From: the human T2T-CHM13v2.0 reference genome, Homo sapiens
NCBI RefSeq assembly: GCF_009914755.1
Contig: NC_060927.1
Length of the DNA stretch: 64,000 bases
Direction: 5' to 3' (one strand)
Shown: positions 44,564 through 58,689 of the stretch, piece by piece
How positions within the stretch are numbered: the first letter of the stretch is position 1
How the letters are laid out: the number at the start of each line of letters is the position of its first letter
Program-made: the position numbers and the translations under genes
The notes under the pieces: model-generated
What the model was told of the DNA's origin: nothing
Databases searched by the model: none
What the model saw: the letters and a program-made list of their open reading frames with translations, nothing else

Positions 44564-46831
44564 ATATTCTAGAAAATATAATGACAACCCCTAAACTGAT
44601 AATGTACTTGTTCAGGAATTGCTGAAAACTGTATGCCATTCTTAAATGTCACAGAAGAGATACCAGAAAAGCTAAAGAGAAAGAAAAAAAGGGAGGTAAA
44701 ATGATTGGGGAAGGAAACATTGTAGCGAAATAAAGTGTGGGTGATGAAGTAGTAGAGGCATGCCATTTAGTCAATCATTTCAGCTATGAAAAGAAGGAGA
44801 TTCGAATTTTATTTATAGGAACCTGTTGAGAACAGTGAATGTTCTGTCCAACATAGTAGCCCCTCAGTGTTTTTGTGGTGTAATGAGACAGGAAGTGATT
44901 TCTTTCAAAATTGAAAAGGGAGAAGGAAAAGAACTGTAAACCGTCTCACCAGGCTCACATTTCTTCACAGGGAAAAAAGTGCCAAAGCTGTTAAGGCAAC
45001 TCCAAGAGGTTCTAGGCAAAAGTTCGGGCTGCCCTCACACATTGTGAGCAAACGAAGGTGAATGAAGGCACAAAAATGCTGCCATTGAATTATGTGGATC
45101 ATCCATAAGGAATTACTGACTACCTACCGGAGGCTTAGCCCCAATGGCATACACTCCTGTCCAGAAATTCACCAAGAAAATACATAGAAGACACCCCTGA
45201 ACAGAACAGACATTATACACAATAAACTGCAACACCTGTCCACAGAAATAACACAGAAATACACACAGTTCAATGGTTCTCTGAAGGCTGCATCTTGTGT
45301 AGAACCCTCATGAGCTTCTAAACATTAAATCACAGCCAAAGATAACTTTATAAATTCTGTAGTACTCCCAGCTTCTTCTATCTTTCATCCTCCTCAAAAC
45401 AAGAAGAGATCTGATATATCATGAACCTCTCATTGTAGGCTGACTCTGAAATTATGCAGGCGTTTTTCTTGGAATGCATTTTATGTCTTCTCTGTAATTG
45501 GTGGGGTAAAAATCTCATCCTCTTGGAAGGCAATTTAGGTATTGAAGGAGTGCCTATATTTAGTAGTGGGAAGGGGTAGAGAAAACTTTCTGTTGCCCCT
45601 ACAATTATACTATAGTCTATTCCTAAGATTCATTCTCAGGTAAAGTTATTTTATAATTCTACATATTTTTTAGGGTACATAGGGGTGAGGAGTAGGAAAG
45701 GGGCCATTATATAACTAAAATACACTGTACTCCAAAGAATGATATGGAACTCCCTTAACCTTTCCTCTCCTCTCCCTTTGCCTGATGGTACCCAGAAGTA
45801 ATGTCATTGGTACTTGACATCAAAGTCCCTTTTACATGATGCTCTTTTCAGACAGATCTGGTTCCTCAAACTCTATTTTTACATCAAAGCTCCCACGGTG
45901 CTTCCCCCAAACCAGAAACACAAACTTGTCTACAACTGCCAGAGTCCTCTAACACCCAGCATCCCCAGGACAGGAATAGAAAGCAGCCCTGTAAGCATAA
46001 AAGAAACCATCATTGATGCTAGAAAATAACCTATTTAGTACCTAATTACAATGTGATTCAAAAATCACTTATGTGTCAATGAATATTCCTAATAGAAATA
46101 CTAATATTTAAACATGCATGTTGAAGTGCTGGGGGGTGGGTATGATGAAAGAGACACGTATGAGGACAATAATAAGAGACATGACAAGAGGCACTTTGGG
46201 ATTGGATTTTAAAAGGTCTTATATGCCATGTTAAGAAGTTTATATCTAGTCATATGAACCCAAAACTCAAAAGCATAGCTTAGATTATAAAATTCAGAAT
46301 ATAATAGCATATGCCACAGTATTATGGAGATTAGATTGAAGGGGGAATATAGTAGAGAAAAAAAGTGCCAGAAGATAGGAAGGCCTGTTGCAAAGCTAGT
46401 TTCAAAAATGATACGGGCCTAAACAAAGCCACTGGCAGTAGTGATGAATCTTCCTAAAGCACCTCTTCGATCATCTCACCCCTCTGCCCAAAAAGGACTC
46501 CCTAACTCACACGTGACACACAAGGCTTTCCACAAATCTGGTTGCAATCTTGTGTAATCCCAATGTGCCCCTGTATGAATAATGTGTTCTAGCAATACTG
46601 ATTTTCTATTTCTTTTAAATACATAAAACTTTTTTGTCTATTATCCTATTGCCTCTGCCTAGAATACCCCTAGTCCCTGCCTGCCTAAGGCCCAACTCTC
46701 TAAATTCTTTCAGCATTTTATTCTTTTTTTTTCCCAATATTTTCTACATTTTATAGCCCTACTTAGATTACGTTCCTTGTTTTATACTCCATCCACTGGG
46801 TTTCGCAAGTGCCAGGAGACTAGTAGGTATC

Positions 46832-47597
46832 TGTTACGGGTTGAATTGTGTGTCCCCAAAATTCATGAATCCCTAATCCCCAACATGACTGTATCTGGAG
46901 ATAGGGCCTTGAGGTATGTAATAAAGGTTAAACAGAGGTCATAAGGGTGGGCCCTAATCCGATAGAACTGATGTCCCTATAAGAAGAGGAAGAGATAGGC
47001 TGGGCGCCATGGCTCACGCCTGTAATCCCAGCATTTCGGAAGGCTGAGAGGGGTGAGGATCACCTGAGGTCTGGAGTTTGGAACCAGCCTGGTCAACATG
47101 GTGAAACCCCATCTCTACTAAAAATACAAAAATTAACCGGGCACGGTGGTAGGTGCCTATAATCCCAGCTACTCAGGAGGAGAATCGCTTGAACTCGGGA
47201 GGTGGAGGTTGGAGTGAGCCAAGATTGTGCCACTGCACTCCAGCCTGGGGGATAGAGCGAGACTCTGTCTCAAAAAAAAAATAAAAAAAAAAAAAAAGAA
47301 GAGGAGGAAGAGATAGCAGAGATCCTTCTCCTTCCAGGTGCAGGCACAGAGAAGAGATAGTGACATAGAGAAGACATGGTGAGAAAGCAGCCATTTACAA
47401 GCCAGGAAGAGAAGCCTTACTATAACTAATTCTGATGGCACTCTTTTTCCCCCCTTAAATCAAACTGTATAGCCTAGAAACTGATGGCAGCTTAATCTTG
47501 GACTTCTAGTCTCCAGAACTGTGAAAAAATAAATCTCTATTGTTTAAGCCACCTAGTCTGTGGTATTTTGTTATGGCAGCCCTAGCGGACTAATACA
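46832..47597 (+). mobile_element. MLT1A/B-like solo LTR with AluS inserted at ~46998-47297
   Basis: TG...CA termini with 5-bp TSD GTATC on both sides. Confidence 0.88.
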
Positions 47598-47764
47598 GTA
47601 TCTAATAAATTCTTGAATGCATGCTAAAATGGGATTCTAGGCACTCGATTTTAAACACTCTTTTCTGGATTTTATTTCAATTTGGAAATAGGATATTTTA
47701 CAGAAGTACTAAATCTAATTTTTATAATGAAAAAATAAGAGTTGCAAAAATTTTAAACACTTTA

Positions 47765-47922
47765 GGCCGGGCGTGGTGACTCACGCCTGTAATCCCAACA
47801 CTTTGGGAGGACGAGGCAAGAGGATTATTTGGTGAGACACTCTCGCTACAAAATTTCTTTTAAAAAATTACCCGGGCGTGGTGACACGTGCCTGTAGTCC
47901 TAGCTACAGGGAGGCTGAGGCA
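47765..47922 (+). mobile_element. Internally deleted, 3'-truncated Alu
   Basis: ggccgggcgtggtgactcacgcctgtaatccc...gggaggctgaggca then unrelated sequence. Confidence 0.85.
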
Positions 47923-48725
47923 GTATTCAAGAATACCACTACCTTCAAACCGTTCAAAGTACAAAGCTTACTACAGATAGGTCAATTTTTCAGTATCTTG
48001 GGTTAGTTAATAATGCAATACATATTTAAGATCATGATTTTGGAATTCAACTTTGTAACTAAACAGAAGCACATTTATGACTGAATTGGAACAGATAACT
48101 TTAATGGCAACTTGGTCAAAACCAGATCCCTATTCTTGCATTCAGGTGTTAATAATTAGCCCTAGGTCTCTGATATTTGAACATAAAAAGGCAAAACCTC
48201 TAAATATTACATCTTCTCTAATGGGCAATGACACTAGAGCAGGTACTATAATTAATCCTCCCTCCAAGCTTCCATACGTCCTGTCCCACAAAAATAGTAA
48301 ATTGCACCAAGTATGTTTTATCAACTAAATAGCTCTTCTGCACCTTCTTCTCTCCCACAAAAACTCTACTTACAAAAGTAGGAGAGGAATGGCAGAAGCT
48401 GGAAACTGAGTTCAGGGAACTGCTATAAGATTGTTACAATCCTTATCCACGCATCCCGAGCTTTACCACAGCAGATTACCCAGAGCTTCCCAGACAAGGC
48501 CGGAGAGCCGCGGAGAGAACTATGACCCCCCTCCTCCCTCCTCCTACAGAGCAGCCTCGCTCCCTAAGGCCAAACCCGCGCCCCCCATGACCTCCAATGG
48601 CTCGAGAAAAGAGCTTTGAATTGCCCGCTTTTTCCAAAGCTGGTTCATACTCCCTCGCAAAGCAGGGAATAGGGTCTGGGGACAAAAGGAGGCACATGCC
48701 TGCCACATGAGGAAAACCCCATCAC

Positions 48726-48776
48726 CTGGAACTCGGCGAACTCCTCACAGTTCACACCGCCACTGGGCGCCGCCAT
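48726..48776 (-). CDS. MIX23: MIX23/CCDC58 coding exon 1 (mitochondrial intermembrane-space protein)
   Basis: Minus strand caatATGGCGGCG...TTCCAG|gtgatg; 51 nt = MAAPSGGVNCEEFAEFQ; in CpG-rich region. Confidence 0.96.
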
Positions 48777-49817
48777 ATTGGACAAACACGAGGACCCCGC
48801 TGCAGGCCAATCACCGCGGAGCAAAGGTGACCGCGGAGTCGCCTGACAAAAAATATAGTACGAGGGGAATCCTTAGGAAAGCTGAGTGCAAGGCTTGAGT
48901 TCAACGTGGTCCGCATCCACCTCGGAACCTGTCACCCTGCTGTCCCAACCCTTTTAACATGTCCTCCTGGAACTGGGCCAGATACATGGATCAAAGATTG
49001 TCAGACCTTGAAGGGACTGTTTACTCCAATCCCATCTTTTCACAAAAGGGAAACAATTTCCTTGTGGTTCCCCTACCAGGTCGTTGAAGGAAATCTAGGC
49101 AAGTGAGGCCTTTCTAATACCTCTCACTCCAGTGCCTAACCTCCTCCCCGGACCCTGGAGCAGGGGGGTCTTTGTTAAGAATTTGGGACCACTAAGAAAC
49201 GTCAAGAAAAAACGGCATTTCTGGCAGTGTGGGTGGGTATGAGTAAAGTGTTTAGGATGGAGATGATCAAATGTTTTTAGAAAATAGGTAAATAGAAAAC
49301 AAATTGAAAACATACATGTTAATTTCTCAGATTAGCCTGAGGGATGCTCCAACAAGAGATAGGGCCACTGAGCAGAGTCCAATTATGTGTTTTCTGATAA
49401 AAGCATATGTTCATTGAAAACACTGGAAGAGCGGCATACTGGAATACTGGTTTATCTGGTGTATTTCGGGAGTTTACAGATCACGAAAGTTGCACATTTC
49501 CTTTCTATTTCACACAGGTACTCCCATGGGTACATATCCGCTAGGGCAAGGGCCCACGGCGCCACACTCCACAGGACCATCTCCGAGGCTGGCTCAGGAT
49601 GCGGCGCCAGGGGCACTAGGCTGGCGCCGCGGGTCTCCAGCGCGTGGCGCACGTCCTACACGCCCCGCACTGGCGCAGGCCTGTACACCGCGTCGCGCAC
49701 GCCCCGCCCCCCGGCGCCGCCTGCGTCCTTCCCACTCCAACGCTGGGTGACATTGAGCTCACCAGCGCCACCGTCCCCGGCGAAGTTCTGCGCTGGTCGG
49801 CGGAGTAGCAAGTGGCC

Positions 49818-49851
49818 ATGGGGAGCCTCAGCGGTCTGCGCCTGGTAGCAG
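49818..49851 (+). CDS. FAM162A: FAM162A (HGTD-P, mitochondrial) coding exon 1; later exons not found in the window
   Basis: Strong Kozak gccATGG; ATGGGGAGCCTCAGCGGTCTGCGCCTGGTAGCAG|gtgaga = MGSLSGLRLVA(G); CpG island; synteny with MIX23 and CSTA. Confidence 0.9.
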
Positions 49852-51818
49852 GTGAGACGCCGGTCGGGATATGGGAGGTAGGGGAGCTGGCCCGGCCGCT
49901 GCGGGTGGGGGAATCCTGAAGCCTTCCTGGGCCCCGGAGTGGCTCCATTCCATGACGCACTTTCTCGGTTCCTCAGAATCCTACCTACTTAGTAGCCATG
50001 TGGGAGGGAACTAGGTGAGCAGCTGCTGATAGGCATTGGAGACTGCCCGTGAATTACCCTCATCTCCATCCACCCAGCTCCCACCAACTTAACTGCCCAC
50101 GCGCCTACCCTTCTCCCCACCCCCGTCCTCAGCCTCCCCTGAGCTCAGTCTGTAAAGCACCTACTATCCCTAGACCTCCCCTTTACCCATGCATTCAGCT
50201 TTCCACCCTAACCTCCCCTATCTATTGCTCTCCTTGAGTCTTCCCTCTTCCCCCTGCTCCTTCCTCTCTGGAGTTTATCCCAGAAAACCTCCAGTCTGAA
50301 GTTTCCCCACTCATTAAATGTCTGATTAGGCCAAGGATTTAGGTCTTAGAGATTAATAATAATTGTTTTCTTAAAATGGAGGATACATTACTTTTAAACA
50401 CTTATACAATTAATTGATTCGAATTTCTTGGAGGAAGTGTGTAATTGAAGGATCTGCAGTTTGTTTTGGTGGTAGACATTTGTGTGATGACTATTTTGGA
50501 CTTAGGTAATGAAAGCTTAATTCTTTTTTTTTGGGAGAACCAGCAGAGCCTTGGCGTAGTAGGGGTTGAGAAATCAGAGGGCTTGCATTTTGACTCTTTT
50601 CTGGGTACCAGAGATCTTTTGTTCAATGGCACACACTACATTATTAAAAAGTTGTTAATTAAATTTTTAAAGGAAAAATAGCCCCAAACTTGGCTATTCA
50701 AATAATATAAATATATATTGTAATGTAAATGAAGTAATGCAAAAAAAAAGAGTGAATGTTGCATAGTTTCACAAGTTTGATACATAACCTTCCCCACCTC
50801 AAGATTATCCTTTACACAGCTTATCTGGTGTTCCGGTAGAGAATGGACTGGAAAACATGTCTCAAACTAGAGAGTATTATTATATTTACTTCCTTTAAAA
50901 GCAAACACTTCTTCCACTAAAATCCTCAATACTATGATATCATTGATTTTGTCAGTTTTGTTGAACTAATTCACCTAAAATATCTTCTGTACATCCTATT
51001 AACATTATGAAGCTTTTCAACAAGGCAAGTGAAAGGATCATTGCTCTGTAAAAAAGTTAAAATGGACTGCATGAAAAGAACTTTGACATCTTGGAACTAC
51101 TTTGACATCTTTGAACTAATACTGAGTATATTGTAAGTAGTTCATCTTCTTGCTTTGAGAATATATTTATGCATCTTGCATAAATATATTTTTGCATCTC
51201 TGCAAACTTCTGATGTGTAAAAACTTCACTATTGACCACTTAACCAAAGCAGAATTCCTTGAGTGATTTAAGAACAATTTATTTTACTTCAGATATAAAA
51301 TTTTTAATAGCACACTAAGGATGTTATATGAGCAGCTCTCTCCATATGATCTTCCACGAATGTCTGATGCTTTGTGAGCAACTCCGCAACAACCTACTAC
51401 CTTTCACCCACTTCATAGCTAAATACTTTCATATACATTATTTTGTTGGATGGATTTCTCATAGCAGCCCTCTCAGGTAAGTCTTATTCCTCCCACACTT
51501 TATAAATGAAGAAACATAGGTCAGAGATGACTTGTCCAGGATCTCTTTGCCAAAAAATGTTAGAGCCAGGAGAGGGTACCCTTTAATTCTGGAATTTTTG
51601 TGCTTTTTGCTGTTGTTCAAGCTGTTCATTCAGGGGCTGTGCGTGTGTGAATTTGTCATGACTAATTGGATCTCATTAATCTGAAATGGAAGAGTCATGA
51701 AATGCAGATTTAGTTCTGAAATGAAAGTACACCTTCATGTGCAAATGGCTTTTCAAGAAAGAAGACTGCTTTAATAAGCAGCCTTAGCCAAAGGAATGAA
51801 AGATCAAATAGAAATGTA

Positions 51819-52130
51819 GGCTCAGTGTGGTGGCTCACACCTGCTATCCCAGCACTTTGGGAGGCTGATACTGGAGGATTGCTTGAGACCAGGAGTTTGA
51901 GACCAGCCTGGCTAACTTAGCAAGACCCTGTCTCTACAAAAAAAACTTTTAAAAATTAGCTGGGCATGGTGGCTCAAACCCATAGTCTCAGCTACTCAGG
52001 AGGCTGAGGCAAGAGGATCACTTGAGCCCAGAAGTTTGAGGCTGCATTGAGCTATAATACGATCATGCTACCACATTCCAATCTGGACAACAGAGTGAGA
52101 CCCTGTCTAAAAAAAAAAAAAAAAAGAAAA
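51819..52130 (+). mobile_element. AluJ
   Basis: Alu motifs, diverged. Confidence 0.9.
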
Positions 52131-53224
52131 GGAGCATAATCTAGGCATACCTTACTTATCCAGAATATTTGGAATAAGATTCTCTAGGTAAGTGAAATTT
52201 CAGATGATCAAAACTTAACCTTATAAATGATGGACCTTTACTTTTGTTTCTGTTGGAAATCTTTGGTATACTCCCTTAGCAAACAATATAGCAAACATAA
52301 TGTAGGCTTTTATGAGCTCGAATTTGTTGTTTTGTAGATGTAGTTGTAGATACAGATCAGGGTTGTTAACTTGTGGTACTGGACACCTCCACATTTGAGA
52401 GGTCCTGTGAACTTCTCAAATTTTTATGATTGTATACCATTTTTGAGAGAGAGGGTCCATATTTTATATCTGCTACTCAGAGCAGTTCATGCTCTTTAAG
52501 TTAAAAAGCACTGATACAGATGATTAGGAACTAAATGGCCATTTACCCACACTACGCTGGGTTTCATAAGGGTAAACACTGGCTCTGTTTTGTTTTTACT
52601 CAGTCCTTACCACTTATTGGTGTTCAGTTCATAGTAGACAGGCAATACATATTTTTTGGATGAAGGATGCTAGGAAATATCTTGGAACATGCTGCAAATG
52701 TAAGGTGAGTTTTCACACCTGTTTTCTCCTGAAAGAATAAAATAGATATAACTTTTAGGATATTGTATCTTTCCACAGAATGATTATTAGTTCAAAGGAA
52801 TGGAATGACCTTACAAGAATGTTTCTTATTGAAAGAAAGTTTTGCTCCCCTAAACTCTGTTGACTGGTCAGATTTGAAAATGAATTTGTTACCGTCATTG
52901 TTACCAATGTAATGGACTATGGGCTGCCTTCCTTTTAGTTTAACCCACATCTCAGAGCATTAGAGTAGAGAGGTATCTTAGAAGTCAGGTAATTTAGTCC
53001 TCTAATTTTTACAGATGAGGAAACTTAAGGGCCAAGAAGGGAATCAGCTTGCCAAGGACCACACAGGTACAGACCTGGGACATAGCCAATATCCCCTGGC
53101 TCCCATTCTGATTTTATTTCTACCACATTCTGCTACCTTATTCTTTTTGTTTGTTCTTGCTAACCAAACCTAAATGAGAACGTACGCATTTTAACTACCC
53201 CCACATTTGGCTTTACTTATTGTT

Positions 53225-54760
<1,536 letters not shown>

Positions 54761-54932
54761 GAAAAAGAGGAAATAAGAATTTTATTAATAGTACCTGTTG
54801 AGAACAAGTGAATGCTTTGTCCAACATAGTGGACCTTCAGTGTTATTGTAGAGTAATAAGACAGAATTCTCAGTAACTACTAGTAGAAGTTACTGGAGAA
54901 GTAGTCAGCCTTTCTGGAAAGTAGTATAGATG

Positions 54933-54979
<47 letters not shown>

Positions 54980-54993
54980 GAGATAGATAGATG
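54933..54993. repeat. (GATA)11 GATG A (GATA)2 GATG tetranucleotide STR
   Basis: Read directly. Confidence 0.95.
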
Positions 54994-55489
54994 GAAACTT
55001 AAAGGGGTTCATACCCTTTTACCCTTCACTTCCAGGATTTATTCTAAGGAAATAATCAGAAATACCATCAAAGATGTATGTAGAGAACTGTTCATTGAAA
55101 CATTACTTATAACACTGAAAAATTGGAAAGAAATCAAGTTGTAGGGAATTACTACATTCAGATTATAGCTGTGTGTCGGGTTTTATACAGCTATTAAAAG
55201 TATTAATATCTTGGAAAGTATTTGTGACATAGCAAGATACAGTATTATCTGATTATGAAAAATGTATATGTTTTATGTAAGTATAGGAAAGGTCTGAAAA
55301 GAAATATTAATGCACCAAGTTGTTATCCCTAAGTGCTATGATTATGAGTGCTTTTATTTTTCTTCACATCTTTTTTTAACTTCCAAATTTTCTGTAATGA
55401 GCAAGTGTTACTTTTATCATTTAAAGTTTGTTTTACTAAAAGCTTTTTACATAACATGGTGTGTAACAACTTGGTGGTACAAAGGTTTT

Positions 55490-56940
55490 TACATAGTGAG
55501 ACCCGATCTCTACAAAACAAATTTTTTTAATTAGCTAGACATGGTGGCATCTGCCTGTGGTCCCAACTACTCCAGAAGATGATACAGGAGGATCGCTTGA
55601 GCCCGGTTCAAAGTTACAGTGAGCTATGATCTCTCCACTGCCCTTTACCCTAGGTGACAAAGTGAGACCTTGTCTCTAAAAAAAAAAATAAGTTTTTTAG
55701 TTTTGATTTTAAAGATGGGGGAGATAACATTTGGCAGGAAAAAGGCAGTGGAAAATAAGGATAAGTTTGGTACGACATCCCTCAGCAGAGGGATTACTAC
55801 TTAAGAATAAAGGAAGACTGGTATTTCTTCAAGCCTGCAGGGAAGGATGAGAAAACGGATATAGGGAGTCTGTTTCTGTCACAAAGCCCAGGTCAACAGC
55901 TAAGGCCTAGAGAGTTTCAGATAGACACTCTGGGGAGTGGGTTGTAATATTGATTCTCTGATTCCCAGAGAGTTGTCATATCTCCAGTCACATCACCTAT
56001 GGTTTTCTCCAAGAGGACCTTGAAAGATTCTGAGAAAGAAAAAGCATCCCTACCTTTCCTCACTGTCTATCATGGGGTTGGAAAGGATATTTATGGAAAG
56101 GAGGGGACTACCAGGAGAGAAGCTGGTACTTCAACCAGCCTCACCCTGGCTGACCACTATAGCCTCCAGCTAGCAATGATATTTCTAAGGCACTGGTTTT
56201 CAGATTATGGGTCCCCCATAGCAGAAGTTTCACCATTACCAGGGCAATTGTTAGAAGTGCACATTCTCAGGTTCTGTCCATACTGACTGTATCAGTTGGG
56301 TCCAGTAATCTGTTTCACAGGGTCCCCCAGGTGATTTCGATAGATAAAAAAGTTAAGAACCTTTACTCTTAAGATTAGCCGTTTGCCACCCAGAGCCTTA
56401 GAGACAGCTGTGAGGCTTCATCTTAACTTCCTGCTAGGGCCCTGGAGACACAGAATTGGTCAGCCAGGGACAAGCTGTTAAGTCCAGCTAGAGGGTTAAA
56501 GGGCTGTTTTTCTTTTGGTTTGTATGTTTTTAATCGTGATCCACCAGAGGATGGAAAATTTCTGGCTTGGACGTCTGGTCAATATATTCTGTCTCTTTGA
56601 GAGAAAACGAAGGTCTTAGTAATGATATTAAAGTTTGTTTATGCTTTCATGTTGTTATAATTGCAAAATAAAAACCAAGACCACATCAAATACTTCAGAC
56701 ATTTTTTAGCGATAACTTTTTAAAATTTAAAATTTTATTTTATTTTATTTTTGAGAGAAGGTCTGGCATTATCGCCCAGGCTGAAGTGCAGTGGCATGAT
56801 CTCAGCTCTCTGCAACCTCTGCCTCCAGGGCTCAAGCCACCCTCCTGCCTCAGCCTCCTGAGTAGCTGGGACCACAGGCACATGCCACTGCGCCCAGCTA
56901 GTTTTTGTATTTTTTGTAGAGGTGGGGTTTCACTATGTAG
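55490..56940. mobile_element. Partial Alus (+, ~55490-55690; -, ~56730-56940) and a MER5-like fragment (~56188-56362)
   Basis: Alu right-arm motifs; MER5-like ttagaagtgcacattctcagg. Confidence 0.7.
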
Positions 56941-58616
56941 TGATAACATTTTTAAAAATATTTTTAAAGCAAGACCTCATCTTTAAAAAAATATATTTAC
57001 ATTAGTCTATTATTCTAATATCTATAATAAGATAATATGTGTGTATGTTTTAATCAGCATTTATACTGTAGGGAGGTAAAAGTTATTAGCATACAATATG
57101 AAGTTGTAGTAAGAAAAAGTTGGGAGATACAGTCTGATCTAGGTGAACCTCTCATGTCTCCAAGTCCTTACCCTCCATAACTACCTCAGTACCTCTCTCA
57201 CATCAAATTCTACTTGTCTTCCCATTATTCATTCTGTTCTGGCCATACTGGCCTTCTCTTTATGGGCTCTAGAATCTTTTAGGGTCTTTGCATTTATAAT
57301 TCTTTCTGTTTGGAATATTCTTCCACCAGATAGCTGCATAGCTAGCCCTTGCTTCCCTTCAAGAGTGACATTCTCACAGAGGACTTCCTAACTACTCTAT
57401 GTAAAATTTCATACACAGCCCATTCCAAACACATACTTCATGTCCCCATTGTTTATTTTTTTCTCTCTGGCACTTAGTATCTAACATATGTATAACTTTC
57501 TCCCCAGTAGAATGCAAGTTCTATTGGCACAGATTTTTATCTTTTTTATATATTGCCTAAAACAATGCCTGGCACATAGGAAGTACTTTGTTGAATGAAT
57601 TACTCCAACATACATCGATGTCACTGATAGTAGGTATACATGTTAGCATTTTTTGCTTTATTATTTCTCAAACTGAGCTAGCTGAGAGGCAGTTTGTCTT
57701 CTGTTCTCCTAAACTGCCTTTGTTCTATAATTAGGAGGAATGGGAAAGGACAGCTGTCTTAGGAAATAATTATTGATTCTTTTTCTGTTTAAAGAGCAGA
57801 GTCCTTCTAGCTTGCTGCCGGTTAACCTTGTTCCTTTTGTAAGTGCCTGCCAAAGGAGGAATGGGATAGCATTGTGTGAGATGGGGCCTTGTAGGTCACA
57901 TTAAACCAGTGGTTCTCTGGGGAGATGAAAAAGTCCTGGAGATGCATAGTAGTAATAGTTGCACAGCAGTGTAAATGTACTTAATGCCACTGAATTGTAC
58001 ACTTAAAATAATTAAAATGGTAAATTTTATGTTATGTATATTTAACCACATCTTAGGGGAGAGAAAAGCCTAGGTTCTCAAAGTATAGTCCAGAACCAGC
58101 ATAGCAGCATCACCTAGGAACTTGTTAGAAATGCGAATTCCCAGCCTCCATTCCAGAACTGTGGATGCAGAAACTGGAGGTAGACAGCCTCATGATTTGT
58201 GTTTTAACAAGGCATTCCTCTGATTCACACCAAACACTAAAACACTAAAATTTGAGGATCACAGGATTTAATAATTGTGTCTTAATCCTGAGTGCTATGA
58301 AAATCTATTGAAGAGTTTCATAGACTTTTCCCATGGCCTCATAACTGCATAATTAACTTTGTCAGAAATCCTGACCACATTAGGGGTAAAATTGAAAAGT
58401 GTTCTAGAAGTTTTATCAAAGTTAATGTTTTACATAATATTTCAAAAAAAAAATAAACTTAACAGTTAGAGAGCCTGCTGTGTTTCAAGCATCTTACCAG
58501 ATGCTCCCATATTTGCTTTTCCATTTAACCCTCAAATCAACTTTGGTACAAGAAACACTGCATTATCCACATTTTAAATGAGGAAACAAGCTAAAAGCAG
58601 TTAATTTATCTCCTTT

Positions 58617-58630
58617 CCACTAGGTGGCAC
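58617..58630 (+). promoter_or_regulatory. Candidate CTCF binding site
   Basis: CCACTAGGTGGCAC matches the CTCF core consensus CCACYAGRKGGCRS. Confidence 0.6.
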
Positions 58631-58689
58631 TGATGTTGTGTTTGCCAGATCCAGGCAAAGCTTTCTGGCATTTATAGCCCTAGAAAACA

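Larger units (their letters stand above)
48440..49960. promoter_or_regulatory. CpG-rich divergent (bidirectional) promoter region MIX23/FAM162A
   Basis: Two CpG-dense blocks (~48440-48910, ~49540-49960) in otherwise CpG-depleted DNA; YY1-type GCCGCCATATTG over the MIX23 ATG; GCCAATCA at 48806-48813; GC box CCCCGCCCC at 49702-49710; four RCGTG cores at 49642-49702. Confidence 0.85.

Noticed and set aside
49387-49960. 153-aa, 86-aa (+) and 114-aa (-) ORFs over the FAM162A promoter
   Set aside because: Stop-poor GC-rich CpG island, low-complexity R/P/A composition, GTG/TTG-type starts; no recognisable domain
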